From assembly GCA_038320275.1 (NCBI GenBank), contig JBBQEB010000065.1:1-19477 (forward strand): DNA of 19,477 nucleotides, given 5' to 3'. This stretch comes from Myxococcales bacterium. GTDB lineage: Bacteria; Myxococcota; Myxococcia; Myxococcales; Anaeromyxobacteraceae. A program made the position numbers and the translations under genes. Positions 1-8,152 of the stretch are shown in pieces (positions within the stretch are counted from its first letter, which is position 1; every line of letters begins with the position of its first letter). The notes under the pieces are model-generated. The model was not told where the DNA came from. It was given only the letters and a program-made list of their open reading frames with translations, and ran no database searches.

Positions 1-1
1 G

Positions 2-214
2 TTCTTCACCACCAAGTCGAGCGCGGTGGGGCTCGGGCTCTACGTGGTTCGACAGGTGGTGGGGTCCATGGGGGGAGAGATCCACCTCGAGTCCGAGCTC
101 GGGCGCGGGACGCTGGTGCGGATCACCTTGCCGGAGGCCGAGCGGGTGCCGAACGCGAGCCTGGAGAAGGCGATCCCGCTCGGAGCCGTCGTGGGGAAGA
201 GCCGGCCAGGATGA
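2..214 (+). CDS. Sensor histidine kinase, C-terminal HATPase_c fragment (5' part outside the window)
   Basis: Frame from base 2 reads FFTTKSSAVGLGLYVVRQVVGSMGGEIHLESELGRGTLVRITLP: F box (FFTTK), G2 box (GLGL) and terminal GxGT strand of kinase ATPase domains; TGA at 212-214. Confidence 0.9.
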   Translation, partial: FFTTKSSAVGLGLYVVRQVVGSMGGEIHLESELGRGTLVRITLPEAERVPNASLEKAIPLGAVVGKSRPG

Positions 215-265
215 AGCGCAGCTCCGCGCCGATCCGAGCGGCGCGCGTACGACATCCTCCGGCGA

Positions 266-305
266 ATCACTCCACCGTCACGCTCTTCGCCAGATTTCTC
301 GGCTG
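266..305 (-). repeat. Direct-repeat copy of the glmS 3' end (partner at 424-463)
   Basis: 266-305 matches 424-463 at 39/40; only mismatch a294/g452. Minus strand reads CAG CCG AGA AAT CTG GCG AAG AGC GTG ACG GTG GAG TGA (QPRNLAKSVTVE*). Confidence 0.97.
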
Positions 306-423
306 AGCATTCCGCTTCGCTCCGATGAGGGGGCGCGATGAAGCTTGCTCCCCCTCACGCTCCCCGCTCGCTCCAGGGCAGCCTCATCCGGCTGCCCTTG
401 CGCTCGCATGCGCTCTCCGGGCG
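306..423. repeat. REP/MITE-like palindromic element between the two glmS 3'-end copies
   Basis: Hairpin tgaggggg (326-333)/ccccctca (350-357) with further inner pairing; perfect 9-bp stem agggcagcc (375-383)/ggctgccct (390-398) with 6-nt loop. Confidence 0.65.
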
Positions 424-424
424 A

Positions 425-2296
425 TCACTCCACCGTCACGCTCTTCGCCAGGTTTCTCGGCTGGTCCACGTCCGTGCCCTTCAGATCGGCGACGTGGTAG
501 GCCAGGAACTGGAGCGGCAGGATCGAGAGCAGCGGCGCGAGGAGCGGCGGCGCGACCGGGACGGTGAGCGCGATGAGCGCGAGGCTCGCCGCCGCGGTGT
601 CTCCCTCGGAGACCACGGCGTACACCTGGCCGCCGCGGGCGCGGACCTCCTCCATGTTGCCGAGCGTCTTCTCGTAGGCGTGCTCCTTGGTGGCGAGCAC
701 CACCACCGGGAGCTGGTCGTCGACGAGGGCGATGGGCCCGTGCTTCATCTCGCCCGCTGCGTACCCCTCGGCGTGGATGTAGGAGATCTCCTTCAGCTTG
801 AGCGCGCCCTCGAGCGCCACCGGGAACTGCGTGCCGCGGCCCAGGAAGAGCACGTCGCGCGCGGCGGCGCAGCGCTTCGCCACCGGGAGCACCGAGGGCT
901 CCTGCCGGATCACCTGGTCCATCCAGAGCGGCACCTGGCGCAGGCTCTCGAGGTGCCCGCGGGCGGCCTCGGGGGTGAGCGTGCCGCGCAGCCGGCCGAG
1001 GCGCACCGCGAGGAGGAAGAGCGCCGCGAGCTGCGTCGTGAAGGCCTTGGTGGACGCGACCCCGATCTCCGGGCCCGCGTGCGTGTAGAGGGTGCCGTGC
1101 GCGAGCCGGCCCCCATCCTTGGACGGCGGTGGCTCGGAGCACTCCCGCGCGATGGCGGAGCCCACCACGTTGCAGACGGCGATGCAGCCGGCGCCGCGCC
1201 GCTTCGCCTCCTTCACGGCGGCGAGCGTGTCGGCGGTCTCGCCCGACTGTGAGACGGCGACGCAGAGCGTGCGCTCGCTCACGATGGGGTCGCGGTAGCG
1301 GAACTCGCTCGCGAGCTCCACCTCCACCGGGATGCGCGCCAGCGCCTCGATCATGAGCCGTCCGGAGAGCCCTGCGTGCCAGCTCGTGCCGCACGCCATG
1401 ATGACGATCCGATCGATCCCCCGCACCTGCTCCTCGGTGAGCTCGACCCCGTCCAGCACCACGTCGCCCGACTCGAGCGAGGCGCGTCCGCGGATGGTGT
1501 CGGCCACCGCCCGGGGTTGCTCGAAGATCTCCTTGTGCATGAAGTGCTTGTGCCCCTCCTTCTCGGCGGCCACCGCGGTCCACTCGATCCGGCGCGGCTT
1601 GCGCGTGATGGGCGCTCCGTCGGAGCCCTCGATGGCGATGCCGCTCGCGCGCAGCACCGCGAGCTCACCCTCCTCCAGGTACACCACGTCGCGGGTGTGC
1701 TCGAGGATGGCCGGCACGTCCGAGGCGAGAAAGCTCTCGCCCTGGCCGAAGCCCACCACGAGCGGGCTCGCGTTCTTGGCGGCGACGATCTCGCCTGGCG
1801 ACTTCGTCGAGACGACCGCCATGGCGTAGGTGCCGGTCACCTGCGCCAGCGCCGCGCGGGTGGCCGCGGCGAGGTCCTCGGCGCCGGCGTCCTGCGCGTC
1901 CGCGATCAGGTGGGCGAAGATCTCGGTGTCCGTCTCCGAGGCGAACTTGTGCCCCTTCGCCTGCAGGGCGCTCTTCAGCTCGAGGTGGTTCTCGATGATC
2001 CCGTTGTGCACGACGGCGACGCCCTTGTAGGCGTGCGGGTGCGCGTTCTCGTCGGACGGCTTGCCGTGGGTCGCCCAGCGCGTGTGGCCGATTCCGGTGC
2101 TCCCCTGGATGGGCTTTTCACCGAGGACGGTGACCAGGTTCTTGAGCTTGCCCTTGGCGCGCGCGATGGAGAGGCTGCCGTTCGCGACCACCGCCACGCC
2201 CGCCGAGTCGTACCCGCGGTACTCCAGCTTCCGCAGCCCCGAGACGATGATGTCGACGCAGCCCTTGCTTCCAACGTACCCGACGATTCCGCACAT
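425..2296 (-). CDS. glmS: Glutamine--fructose-6-phosphate aminotransferase (isomerizing)
   Basis: Starts MCGIVG (catalytic N-terminal Cys); LEYRGYDSAG, GHTRWATHG, HNGIIEN, SQSGETADT, VASTKAF, EGALKLKE, KHGP; ends DQPRNLAKSVTVE. Start set at ATG 2296, not the ORF-track 2344. Confidence 0.99.
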   Translation of the reverse strand: MCGIVGYVGSKGCVDIIVSGLRKLEYRGYDSAGVAVVANGSLSIARAKGKLKNLVTVLGEKPIQGSTGIGHTRWATHGKPSDENAHPHAYKGVAVVHNGIIENHLELKSALQAKGHKFASETDTEIFAHLIADAQDAGAEDLAAATRAALAQVTGTYAMAVVSTKSPGEIVAAKNASPLVVGFGQGESFLASDVPAILEHTRDVVYLEEGELAVLRASGIAIEGSDGAPITRKPRRIEWTAVAAEKEGHKHFMHKEIFEQPRAVADTIRGRASLESGDVVLDGVELTEEQVRGIDRIVIMACGTSWHAGLSGRLMIEALARIPVEVELASEFRYRDPIVSERTLCVAVSQSGETADTLAAVKEAKRRGAGCIAVCNVVGSAIARECSEPPPSKDGGRLAHGTLYTHAGPEIGVASTKAFTTQLAALFLLAVRLGRLRGTLTPEAARGHLESLRQVPLWMDQVIRQEPSVLPVAKRCAAARDVLFLGRGTQFPVALEGALKLKEISYIHAEGYAAGEMKHGPIALVDDQLPVVVLATKEHAYEKTLGNMEEVRARGGQVYAVVSEGDTAAASLALIALTVPVAPPLLAPLLSILPLQFLAYHVADLKGTDVDQPRNLAKSVTVE

Positions 2297-2303
2297 GGGC
2301 GGA

Positions 2304-2312
2304 ATGTTATCA
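2304..2312 (-). promoter_or_regulatory. Putative extended -10 promoter for a leaderless glmS transcript
   Basis: Minus strand TG-A-TAACAT, 7 nt, then ATG; no Shine-Dalgarno sequence. Confidence 0.6.
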
Positions 2313-2417
2313 CGCCGCGCCGGAGCGCCTCTCCCGCGACTCAACGACAGTTTGGCGATGAGAGATCACTTCGAGCCCTCTTACCGCGATGACGTTGAGC
2401 CCGGCTCGGAGAAGGAT

Positions 2418-2444
2418 CGGGCCCCTCCCGCTCGCAGGGGCCCG
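2418..2444 (-). terminator. GC-rich hairpin downstream of glmU, possible weak terminator or stabilising stem
   Basis: cgggcccct (2418-2426)/aggggcccg (2436-2444), perfect 9-bp stem, 9-nt loop; only a poor U tract (atccttct) follows on the minus strand. Confidence 0.35.
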
Positions 2445-2512
2445 TGCGCCGCGCTGTCCCTGCTTCGCGCCTCCGGCGCGATCGTCGCAAGGTTCCGACT
2501 ACGCTCTGCCCT

Positions 2513-3982
2513 TCACGGGCCGGCGCCCTTCCCACCGCCCTTCCTGGGCTTCGCGGTGGCATCCGCACCGCGGCGCTCCTCTGCGCGCGCGGCGGCCCAG
2601 CCCTCCTTGTTCACTTGCCGTGAACGGCCAAGCGCCAGCGCGCCCGGCGGGACGTCCTCGGTCAGCGTGGAGCCCGCGGCGACATAGGCGCCCTGGCCGA
2701 TGGTGATGGGCGCGACCAGCACCGCGTCGGAGCCGATGAATGCGCCCTCGCCGATGACGGTGGGGTGCTTCGCGACGCCGTCGTAGTTGCAGGTGATGGT
2801 GCCGCAGCCCACGTTCACGCCGGCGCCGATGTCGGCGTCGCCCAGGTAGGAGAGGTGGTTCGCCTTGGCGCCCGCCCCCAGCCGCGTCTTCTTCAGCTCG
2901 ACGAAGTTGCCGACGTGCGCGCGCTCGCCCACCTCGGCCCCCGGGCGCAGCCGCGAGAAGGGGCCCACGATGGCGCCTGGCCCGATCGACGCCTCCTCGA
3001 AGACGCAGTAAGGCTTCACCGTCACGCCGTCGGCCACGGTGGTGTCGGTGAGGAGGGCGCCCTGCCCGATCCGGCAATCTTTTCCCACGCGCGTCCGCCC
3101 GCGCAGCCGCACGCCCGGCTCCAGCACCGTGTCGGAGCCCACCACCACCCCTTCGTCGCAGTCGAAGCGCTCCGGATCCTCGATGGTGACCCCCGCCTTC
3201 ATGAGCGCCTGCGCCACGCGCCGGGTGAGCGCGCGTGCGGCCAGGGAGAGCTCCTCCTGATCGTTCACGCCGGCCGCCTCCACCGGCGGAACGCGCGCGG
3301 CAGCGGCGCCCGGTCCCTCGGCCGCCAGGGCGACGAGGTCGGTGAGGTAGAACTCGCTCTGCGCGTTCTTGGAGCCGACGCGCGAGAGGGTGTCCCACAG
3401 GAAGGTTGCGTCGGCGCAGTAGAGGCCGGCGTTCACCTCGGTGATGGTCCTCTCCTCGGGGGTGGCGTCCTTCTCCTCCACCACCAGGGCAGGCCCGCCG
3501 TTGGGCGCGTGCAGCACGCGTCCGTAGCCGGTGGGATTGTCGAGGGTCATGGTGGCGAAGGCGAGCGCGCAGCGCCCACGCTTGTCGATGACGGACCGCA
3601 GCGTCTCGGTGGTGAGGAGGGGCGTGTCGCCTGAGAGGATGAGGACCTCGCCCTCGAAGCCGCGCAGCTCGGCGCGCGCCGAGAGGACCGCGTGCGCGGT
3701 GCCGAGCTGTTCCTTCTGCACGGCGAAACGAAGAGGTGCGCCGGGGAGGTGAGCGCGCAGCGACGCCTCGACCTGCTCGGCCTGGTGGCCCACCACCACC
3801 ACCACAGGATCCGCTCCCGCTTCGAGCGCGCGGCGCACCGGGTAGTAGGCCAGCGGGCGCCCACAGAGCTCGTGCAGCACCTTCGCGCGCTGGGCCTTCA
3901 TGCGCGTGCCCTTGCCGGCGGCGAGGACGATGGCGGCCAGGGGGGTCTTCGGGCGGGTGGGGGATCGATTGGAGAAAGGCAT
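2513..3982 (-). CDS. glmU: Bifunctional UDP-N-acetylglucosamine pyrophosphorylase / glucosamine-1-phosphate N-acetyltransferase
   Basis: LAAGKGTRMK, QLGTAHAV, EFYLTD, GNFVELKK, KANHLSYLGDA, ITCNYDG, hexapeptide repeats; next to glmS. Confidence 0.99.
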   Translation of the reverse strand: MPFSNRSPTRPKTPLAAIVLAAGKGTRMKAQRAKVLHELCGRPLAYYPVRRALEAGADPVVVVVGHQAEQVEASLRAHLPGAPLRFAVQKEQLGTAHAVLSARAELRGFEGEVLILSGDTPLLTTETLRSVIDKRGRCALAFATMTLDNPTGYGRVLHAPNGGPALVVEEKDATPEERTITEVNAGLYCADATFLWDTLSRVGSKNAQSEFYLTDLVALAAEGPGAAAARVPPVEAAGVNDQEELSLAARALTRRVAQALMKAGVTIEDPERFDCDEGVVVGSDTVLEPGVRLRGRTRVGKDCRIGQGALLTDTTVADGVTVKPYCVFEEASIGPGAIVGPFSRLRPGAEVGERAHVGNFVELKKTRLGAGAKANHLSYLGDADIGAGVNVGCGTITCNYDGVAKHPTVIGEGAFIGSDAVLVAPITIGQGAYVAAGSTLTEDVPPGALALGRSRQVNKEGWAAARAEERRGADATAKPRKGGGKGAGP

Positions 3983-3991
3983 AGGTGCGGG

Positions 3992-4020
3992 ACGCTAGGC
4001 GCGCTCCGCGGGGCGGTCAA
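3992..4020 (-). promoter_or_regulatory. Putative sigma70-type promoter of glmU
   Basis: Minus strand TTGACC (4020-4015), 17 nt, TAGCGT (3997-3992), 9 nt, ATG. Confidence 0.65.
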
Positions 4021-4086
4021 GGGTGGGGCGCGCCGGCGTCGCGGTGAGTCCCGCCGGGGTCCCGGGCCGGTGCTACAAGCGTCATC

Positions 4087-5748
4087 ATGACCTTCGTAGC
4101 GCCGCTGCTGTCCTTCTCACTGGCCGTCATCGCCTCCTCGCCGCGCGGGGCGGTCGCCACCGCGCATCCGCTCGCGAGCGCTGCGGCCGCGAGCGTCCTG
4201 CGGGAGGGGGGGAACGCGGTGGACGCCGCGGTGGCGGCGGCCTTCGCGCTCTCGGTGGTGGAGCCGCAGAGCTCCGGCATCGGCGGAGGCGGCTTCGCCC
4301 TGGTCTGGATCGCGAGGGAGCGGCGCGCGCACGTCATCGACTTCCGCGAGGTGTCCCCGGCGGCGGCGACGGCGGACATGTTCTCCCGCCCGGGAGCGCC
4401 GGAGCGCGCCTCGCTGGACGGCGGCCTGGCGGTGGCGGTGCCGGGCGCGATGAAGGGCTATGCCGAGCTGGCGCGGCGCTTCGGCACCTGGCGCCTGCCG
4501 CGGCTGGTGGAGCCGGCCGCGCTGCTGGCGGACCACGGGTTCACGGTGGGTCATGTGTACGCGGACCACGCCAGGGAGAGGCTCGCCTGCCTCGCGGCCG
4601 ACCCGGCCGCATCGCGCGAATTCCTGGTCCGAGGCCGATCGGGGCCGGAGGTCCCGGCACCCGGCTCGCGCCTCGTGCGGCGCGAACTCGCGGGAACGCT
4701 GCGCCAGCTCGGCCGCGACCCGGACGCCTTCTACCGCGGGCCCCTCGCGCGCCGCATCGCCGCGGCGGCGCGGGCGCGCGGCGGCGTGCTCACCGCCGAG
4801 GATCTGGCCCGCTACCGGGTGCGGGAGCGCGAGCCTCTGGAGGGCAGCTATCGCGGCCGGCGCGTCATCACCATGCCCCCGCCCTCCGCGGGCGGCGCCA
4901 TCGTGCTCGGCATCCTGCGCGCGCTCGAACCGGAGGATCCGCGCGCCGGGGGCTACCGGCCGGACCGGTTCCTGCACGTGATGGTCGAGGCCGAGAAGCG
5001 GCTCTACGCGCGGCGCGCCTCCGCGTTCGGGGACCCGGACCGCGTGCCGGGCGCCCGCGCCGCGGCGGAGGAGATGGCGTCCCCGGCCTTCGCGGAGCGG
5101 CTGCGGGCGGGCATCGGGGAGCGGGCAACGCCTTCGGTCACCCTCTCGGGCGCCCCCGAGGAGCACGACACGAGCCACCTCTCGGTGGTGGACGCGGAGG
5201 GAAACGCCGTCGCCCTCACCACCACGGTCAACTACTTCTTCGGCTCGTGCGTGATGGTGCCCGGGACGGGCATCCTCCTCGATGATCAGATGAACGACTT
5301 CGACCTCGCGCCCGGCGTCCCCGACGCCTACGGGCTGCGCGGGGGCGGGCCGAACGCGGTGGCGCCCGGCAAGGTGCCGCTGTCGAGCATGGCGCCGACG
5401 CTGGTGCTCGAGCCGGACGGTCGGCTCCTCATGGCGGTGGGTGCGGCGGGAGGCGGGCGCATCCCCACCGCGGTTGCCCAGGCCATCCTGCACGTGGTGG
5501 ACGACGGCATGGCGCTCGACGAGGCGCTGGCGGCGCCCCGCATCCACCATCAGTGGATGCCGGACGTGGTCCAGGTGGAGCCGAACGGGCTCGATGCCGC
5601 CACCGCGCGAGCGCTGGTCGAGCGCGGGCACCTGCTCGAGTTCGGGGCCAAACGGTGGGTGAATGCGCAAGCGGTGGGCATCGCGCCCGACGGGCTCCGG
5701 CAGGCCGCGTGCGACCCGCGCTACGAGGCCATACCGGCGGTGCCGTGA
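4087..5748 (+). CDS. ggt: Gamma-glutamyltranspeptidase / glutathione hydrolase, probably exported
   Basis: GGNAVDAAVA, EPQSSGIGGGGF, IDFRE, autoprocessing DTSHLSVVD, TTTVN, QMNDF, PLSSMAP, APRIHHQW; hydrophobic N-terminus. Confidence 0.97.
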   Translation: MTFVAPLLSFSLAVIASSPRGAVATAHPLASAAAASVLREGGNAVDAAVAAAFALSVVEPQSSGIGGGGFALVWIARERRAHVIDFREVSPAAATADMFSRPGAPERASLDGGLAVAVPGAMKGYAELARRFGTWRLPRLVEPAALLADHGFTVGHVYADHARERLACLAADPAASREFLVRGRSGPEVPAPGSRLVRRELAGTLRQLGRDPDAFYRGPLARRIAAAARARGGVLTAEDLARYRVREREPLEGSYRGRRVITMPPPSAGGAIVLGILRALEPEDPRAGGYRPDRFLHVMVEAEKRLYARRASAFGDPDRVPGARAAAEEMASPAFAERLRAGIGERATPSVTLSGAPEEHDTSHLSVVDAEGNAVALTTTVNYFFGSCVMVPGTGILLDDQMNDFDLAPGVPDAYGLRGGGPNAVAPGKVPLSSMAPTLVLEPDGRLLMAVGAAGGGRIPTAVAQAILHVVDDGMALDEALAAPRIHHQWMPDVVQVEPNGLDAATARALVERGHLLEFGAKRWVNAQAVGIAPDGLRQAACDPRYEAIPAVP

Positions 5749-5767
5749 GAGCCTGGAGACCGCTCCC

Positions 5768-6562
5768 GTGACCTCCTTCTTCGACGCCGACCTGCACCCA
5801 CTCGCGCTGCGCAGGGGTGATCTCGAGGACCTCCTCTACTTCGGAGTCTCGGGCGCGCTGGCGCCTTCGGGCGATGACTCCGGGCCCGCCACCCGCGACG
5901 GCCTGCGGCGGGCGTGGGACGCGCTCGCTCGCGACTGCGTGCGCCGGATGGGCAGGGCGGGGCTGGCCGGGCGCGCCGCGGTGGGCATCCACCCGCGCCG
6001 CATCCCGTGGCGCGGGCTGGAGGCGCTGCTCCAGGAGCTGCCCGACTGGCTGGGCCTTCCGCGCGTGCTCGCGGTGGGCTCGGTGGGCCTCGACGAGGGT
6101 GGCGAGCGCGAGGAGGTGGTGTTCGTGCGCCAGCTCGAGCTCGCCCGCGAGCTGCGGTTGCCGGTGGTCGTCCACACGCCCTGGCGAACCAAGGAGCGCA
6201 TCACCCGGCGGACGCTGGCGCTGCTCCGCGAGCACGAGCTCGCGCCTGGAAAGGTGCTCGTCAGCCGCGCCGACGCCCGCACGGTCCGCATGATCCGCGC
6301 CTGCGGCTACGCGGCAGGGCTGTCGCTCTCCGCGCCGGAGGGAAGCGGCTCGATCGACGAGGCGGTGCGGCTCGTCGCCTCGCTCGGCCCCGAGGGGCTC
6401 GTGCTGGGCAGCGGAGCGGGCGATGGCGCGGGCGACCTGCTCGCCCTTCCGCGAGCCGCGGGGAGGCTCGCCAAGGCGGGCCTCTCGCCCGCGGTGGTGC
6501 GGCGGGTGTGCGGGGGCAACGCGGTGAAGCTGCTGGGGGTGGAGGTCGCCAAGGGCGGCTGA
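5768..6562 (+). CDS. TatD-like TIM-barrel amidohydrolase-superfamily protein with degenerate metal ligands
   Basis: GTG 5768 preceded by GGAGA; FFDADLH, AVGIHPR, AVGSVGLD, VFVRQLELARELRLPVVVHTP, terminal NAVKLLG. Confidence 0.85.
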   Translation: MTSFFDADLHPLALRRGDLEDLLYFGVSGALAPSGDDSGPATRDGLRRAWDALARDCVRRMGRAGLAGRAAVGIHPRRIPWRGLEALLQELPDWLGLPRVLAVGSVGLDEGGEREEVVFVRQLELARELRLPVVVHTPWRTKERITRRTLALLREHELAPGKVLVSRADARTVRMIRACGYAAGLSLSAPEGSGSIDEAVRLVASLGPEGLVLGSGAGDGAGDLLALPRAAGRLAKAGLSPAVVRRVCGGNAVKLLGVEVAKGG

Positions 6563-6678
6563 GCCGAAGCACCAGCGCGCACGGGCGGACGCCATCGACG
6601 AGAGGCGAATGGGAGCGAGCAGGCGGTCTCGACGCGACCGCGCGACGCGGCCGCGGGCCCGGCCGCCAGCCCCCGGCT

Positions 6679-7122
6679 TCAGCCCTCCGTGGAGCGCTTC
6701 CAATGCCCCGACCTGCCGCCCTTCTTCTCGACCAGCTCGAGCGACTCGATGCGCATCCCGCGCTCGTAGCGCTTCAGCATGTCGTACACGGTGAGGCAAC
6801 CAGCGGCGACGGCCGCGAGCGCCTCCATCTCCACCCCGGTCCGGTCCACCGTACGGACGGTGGCGACGATCTCGACCCCGCCCCGGCGAGGGGTGACCTC
6901 CACGTCCACGCCGGAGAGCGCGATGGGATGGCAGAGCGGCACCAGGTCGGGCGTCTTCTTGGCGGCCATGATCCCGGCGATGCGGGCGGCAGCGATCACG
7001 TCGCCCTTCTCGCTCTCGCCGCGCTTCACGATCCCCACCGTCTTCGCGCTCATGGCGACGAAGCCGCGCGCCACCGCCACGCGCTCGGTCTTCTCCTTGG
7101 AACCGACGTCGATCATCTTCAT
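6679..7122 (-). CDS. moaC: Cyclic pyranopterin monophosphate synthase
   Basis: MIDVGSK, KGDV, ARIAGIMAAKKT, PLCHP, TGVEMEAL, LTVYDMLK, KKGGRSG; ATG 7122 lies 4 nt past the trxB stop. Confidence 0.97.
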   Translation of the reverse strand: MKMIDVGSKEKTERVAVARGFVAMSAKTVGIVKRGESEKGDVIAAARIAGIMAAKKTPDLVPLCHPIALSGVDVEVTPRRGGVEIVATVRTVDRTGVEMEALAAVAAGCLTVYDMLKRYERGMRIESLELVEKKGGRSGHWKRSTEG

Positions 7123-7126
7123 GGGG

Positions 7127-8071
7127 TCAATCCCAGATCTCCGTCGCGTGCTCGCCCAGGTAGTGCTCGGCATCGATGGCCGCGACGCAGCCCGAGCCGG
7201 CCGCGCTGACGGCCTGGCGATAGGTGGGGTCGGCCACGTCGCCGGCTGCGAAGACGCCGGGGACGCTGGTGACGGTGGAGGGGGACTTCACGCGCAGGTA
7301 GCCCACCTCGTTCATGTCGAGCTGTCCCTTGAACAGCCCGGTGTTGGGCTCGTGGCCGATCCCCATGAAGAGGCCGCCCACCGGCAGCTCACGCGTGGAG
7401 CCGTCCACGGTGCTCTCGAGCCGCAGGCCCGTCACCGCCTTGCCGTCCCCCAGCACCTCGACGACCCGGCTGTTCCAGGCGTAAGCGATCTTGGGATTCG
7501 CGCGCGCCTTGTCCTGCATGATCTTGGACGCCCGCAGCTCGCCGCGGCGATGGACGAGGTGCACCTTCGTGGCGAACTTGGTGAGGAAGGTCGCCTCCTC
7601 CACGGCGGTGTCGCCGCCGCCCACCACCGCCACCTCCACGCCGCGGAAGAAGAAGCCGTCGCAGGTGGCGCAGGCGGAGACGCCCTTGCCGCGGTAGGCG
7701 AGCTCGGACGGGATGTCGAGCCACTTGGCCGTGGCTCCGGTGCAGAGGATGACCGCGCGCGCCGCGTAGAGCTGGTCCTCCTGCCAGATCTGGAAGGGCG
7801 GCTTCGACAGATCCACCCGCGTGATGTCCCCCGCCACGAAGCGCGTGCCGAAGCGCTCGGCCTGCGCGCGCATCTTCTCCATCAGCTCCGGGCCCTGGAT
7901 GCCCTCCGGGAACCCCGGGTAGTTCTCGACGTCGCTGGTGATGGTGAGCTGGCCGCCCGGCTGGAGCCCCTCGAAGAGCAGCGGGGAGAGGCTCGCCCGG
8001 GAGGCGTAGAGCGCCGCCGTGTAGCCGGCCGGTCCCGAGCCGATGATGACGAGCCGTTCCTTCTGAGCCAT
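7127..8071 (-). CDS. trxB: Thioredoxin-disulfide reductase
   Basis: IIGSGPAGYTAA, GGQL, VENYPGF, CATC redox motif, VVGGGDTA, VHRR, FAAGDV, YRQAVSAAGSG. ATG 8071 has GGGAAGG upstream; GTG 8098 is an alternative start. Confidence 0.98.
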   Translation of the reverse strand: MAQKERLVIIGSGPAGYTAALYASRASLSPLLFEGLQPGGQLTITSDVENYPGFPEGIQGPELMEKMRAQAERFGTRFVAGDITRVDLSKPPFQIWQEDQLYAARAVILCTGATAKWLDIPSELAYRGKGVSACATCDGFFFRGVEVAVVGGGDTAVEEATFLTKFATKVHLVHRRGELRASKIMQDKARANPKIAYAWNSRVVEVLGDGKAVTGLRLESTVDGSTRELPVGGLFMGIGHEPNTGLFKGQLDMNEVGYLRVKSPSTVTSVPGVFAAGDVADPTYRQAVSAAGSGCVAAIDAEHYLGEHATEIWD

Positions 8072-8152
8072 GCGTGCCTTCCCGTGCTGGAGAGGCACTC
8101 TCCTTAGCTCAGGGCCGGTGTCGTGTCAGCGGCCGCGGCCGGGCCCTCGCCG

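Noticed and set aside
215..424. Resident Tn7-like transposon at attTn7
   Set aside because: No TGT...ACA ends, TnsB-site arrays, 5-bp target duplication or tns genes recognised.
266..463. Mini CRISPR array
   Set aside because: Only two repeats, derived from glmS coding sequence, with a 118-bp spacer and no cas genes.
2297..2512. glmS ribozyme or fluoride-riboswitch-like motif (ggcgatg...gatgac)
   Set aside because: Required pairings and consensus not found; the resemblance is on the strand opposite glmS, and glmS appears leaderless.
5270..5300. GGT variant LLDDQMNDF as a sign of inactivity
   Set aside because: Catalytic Thr, DFRE Arg, Gln/Asp, SS and GG elements are all retained; within normal variation.
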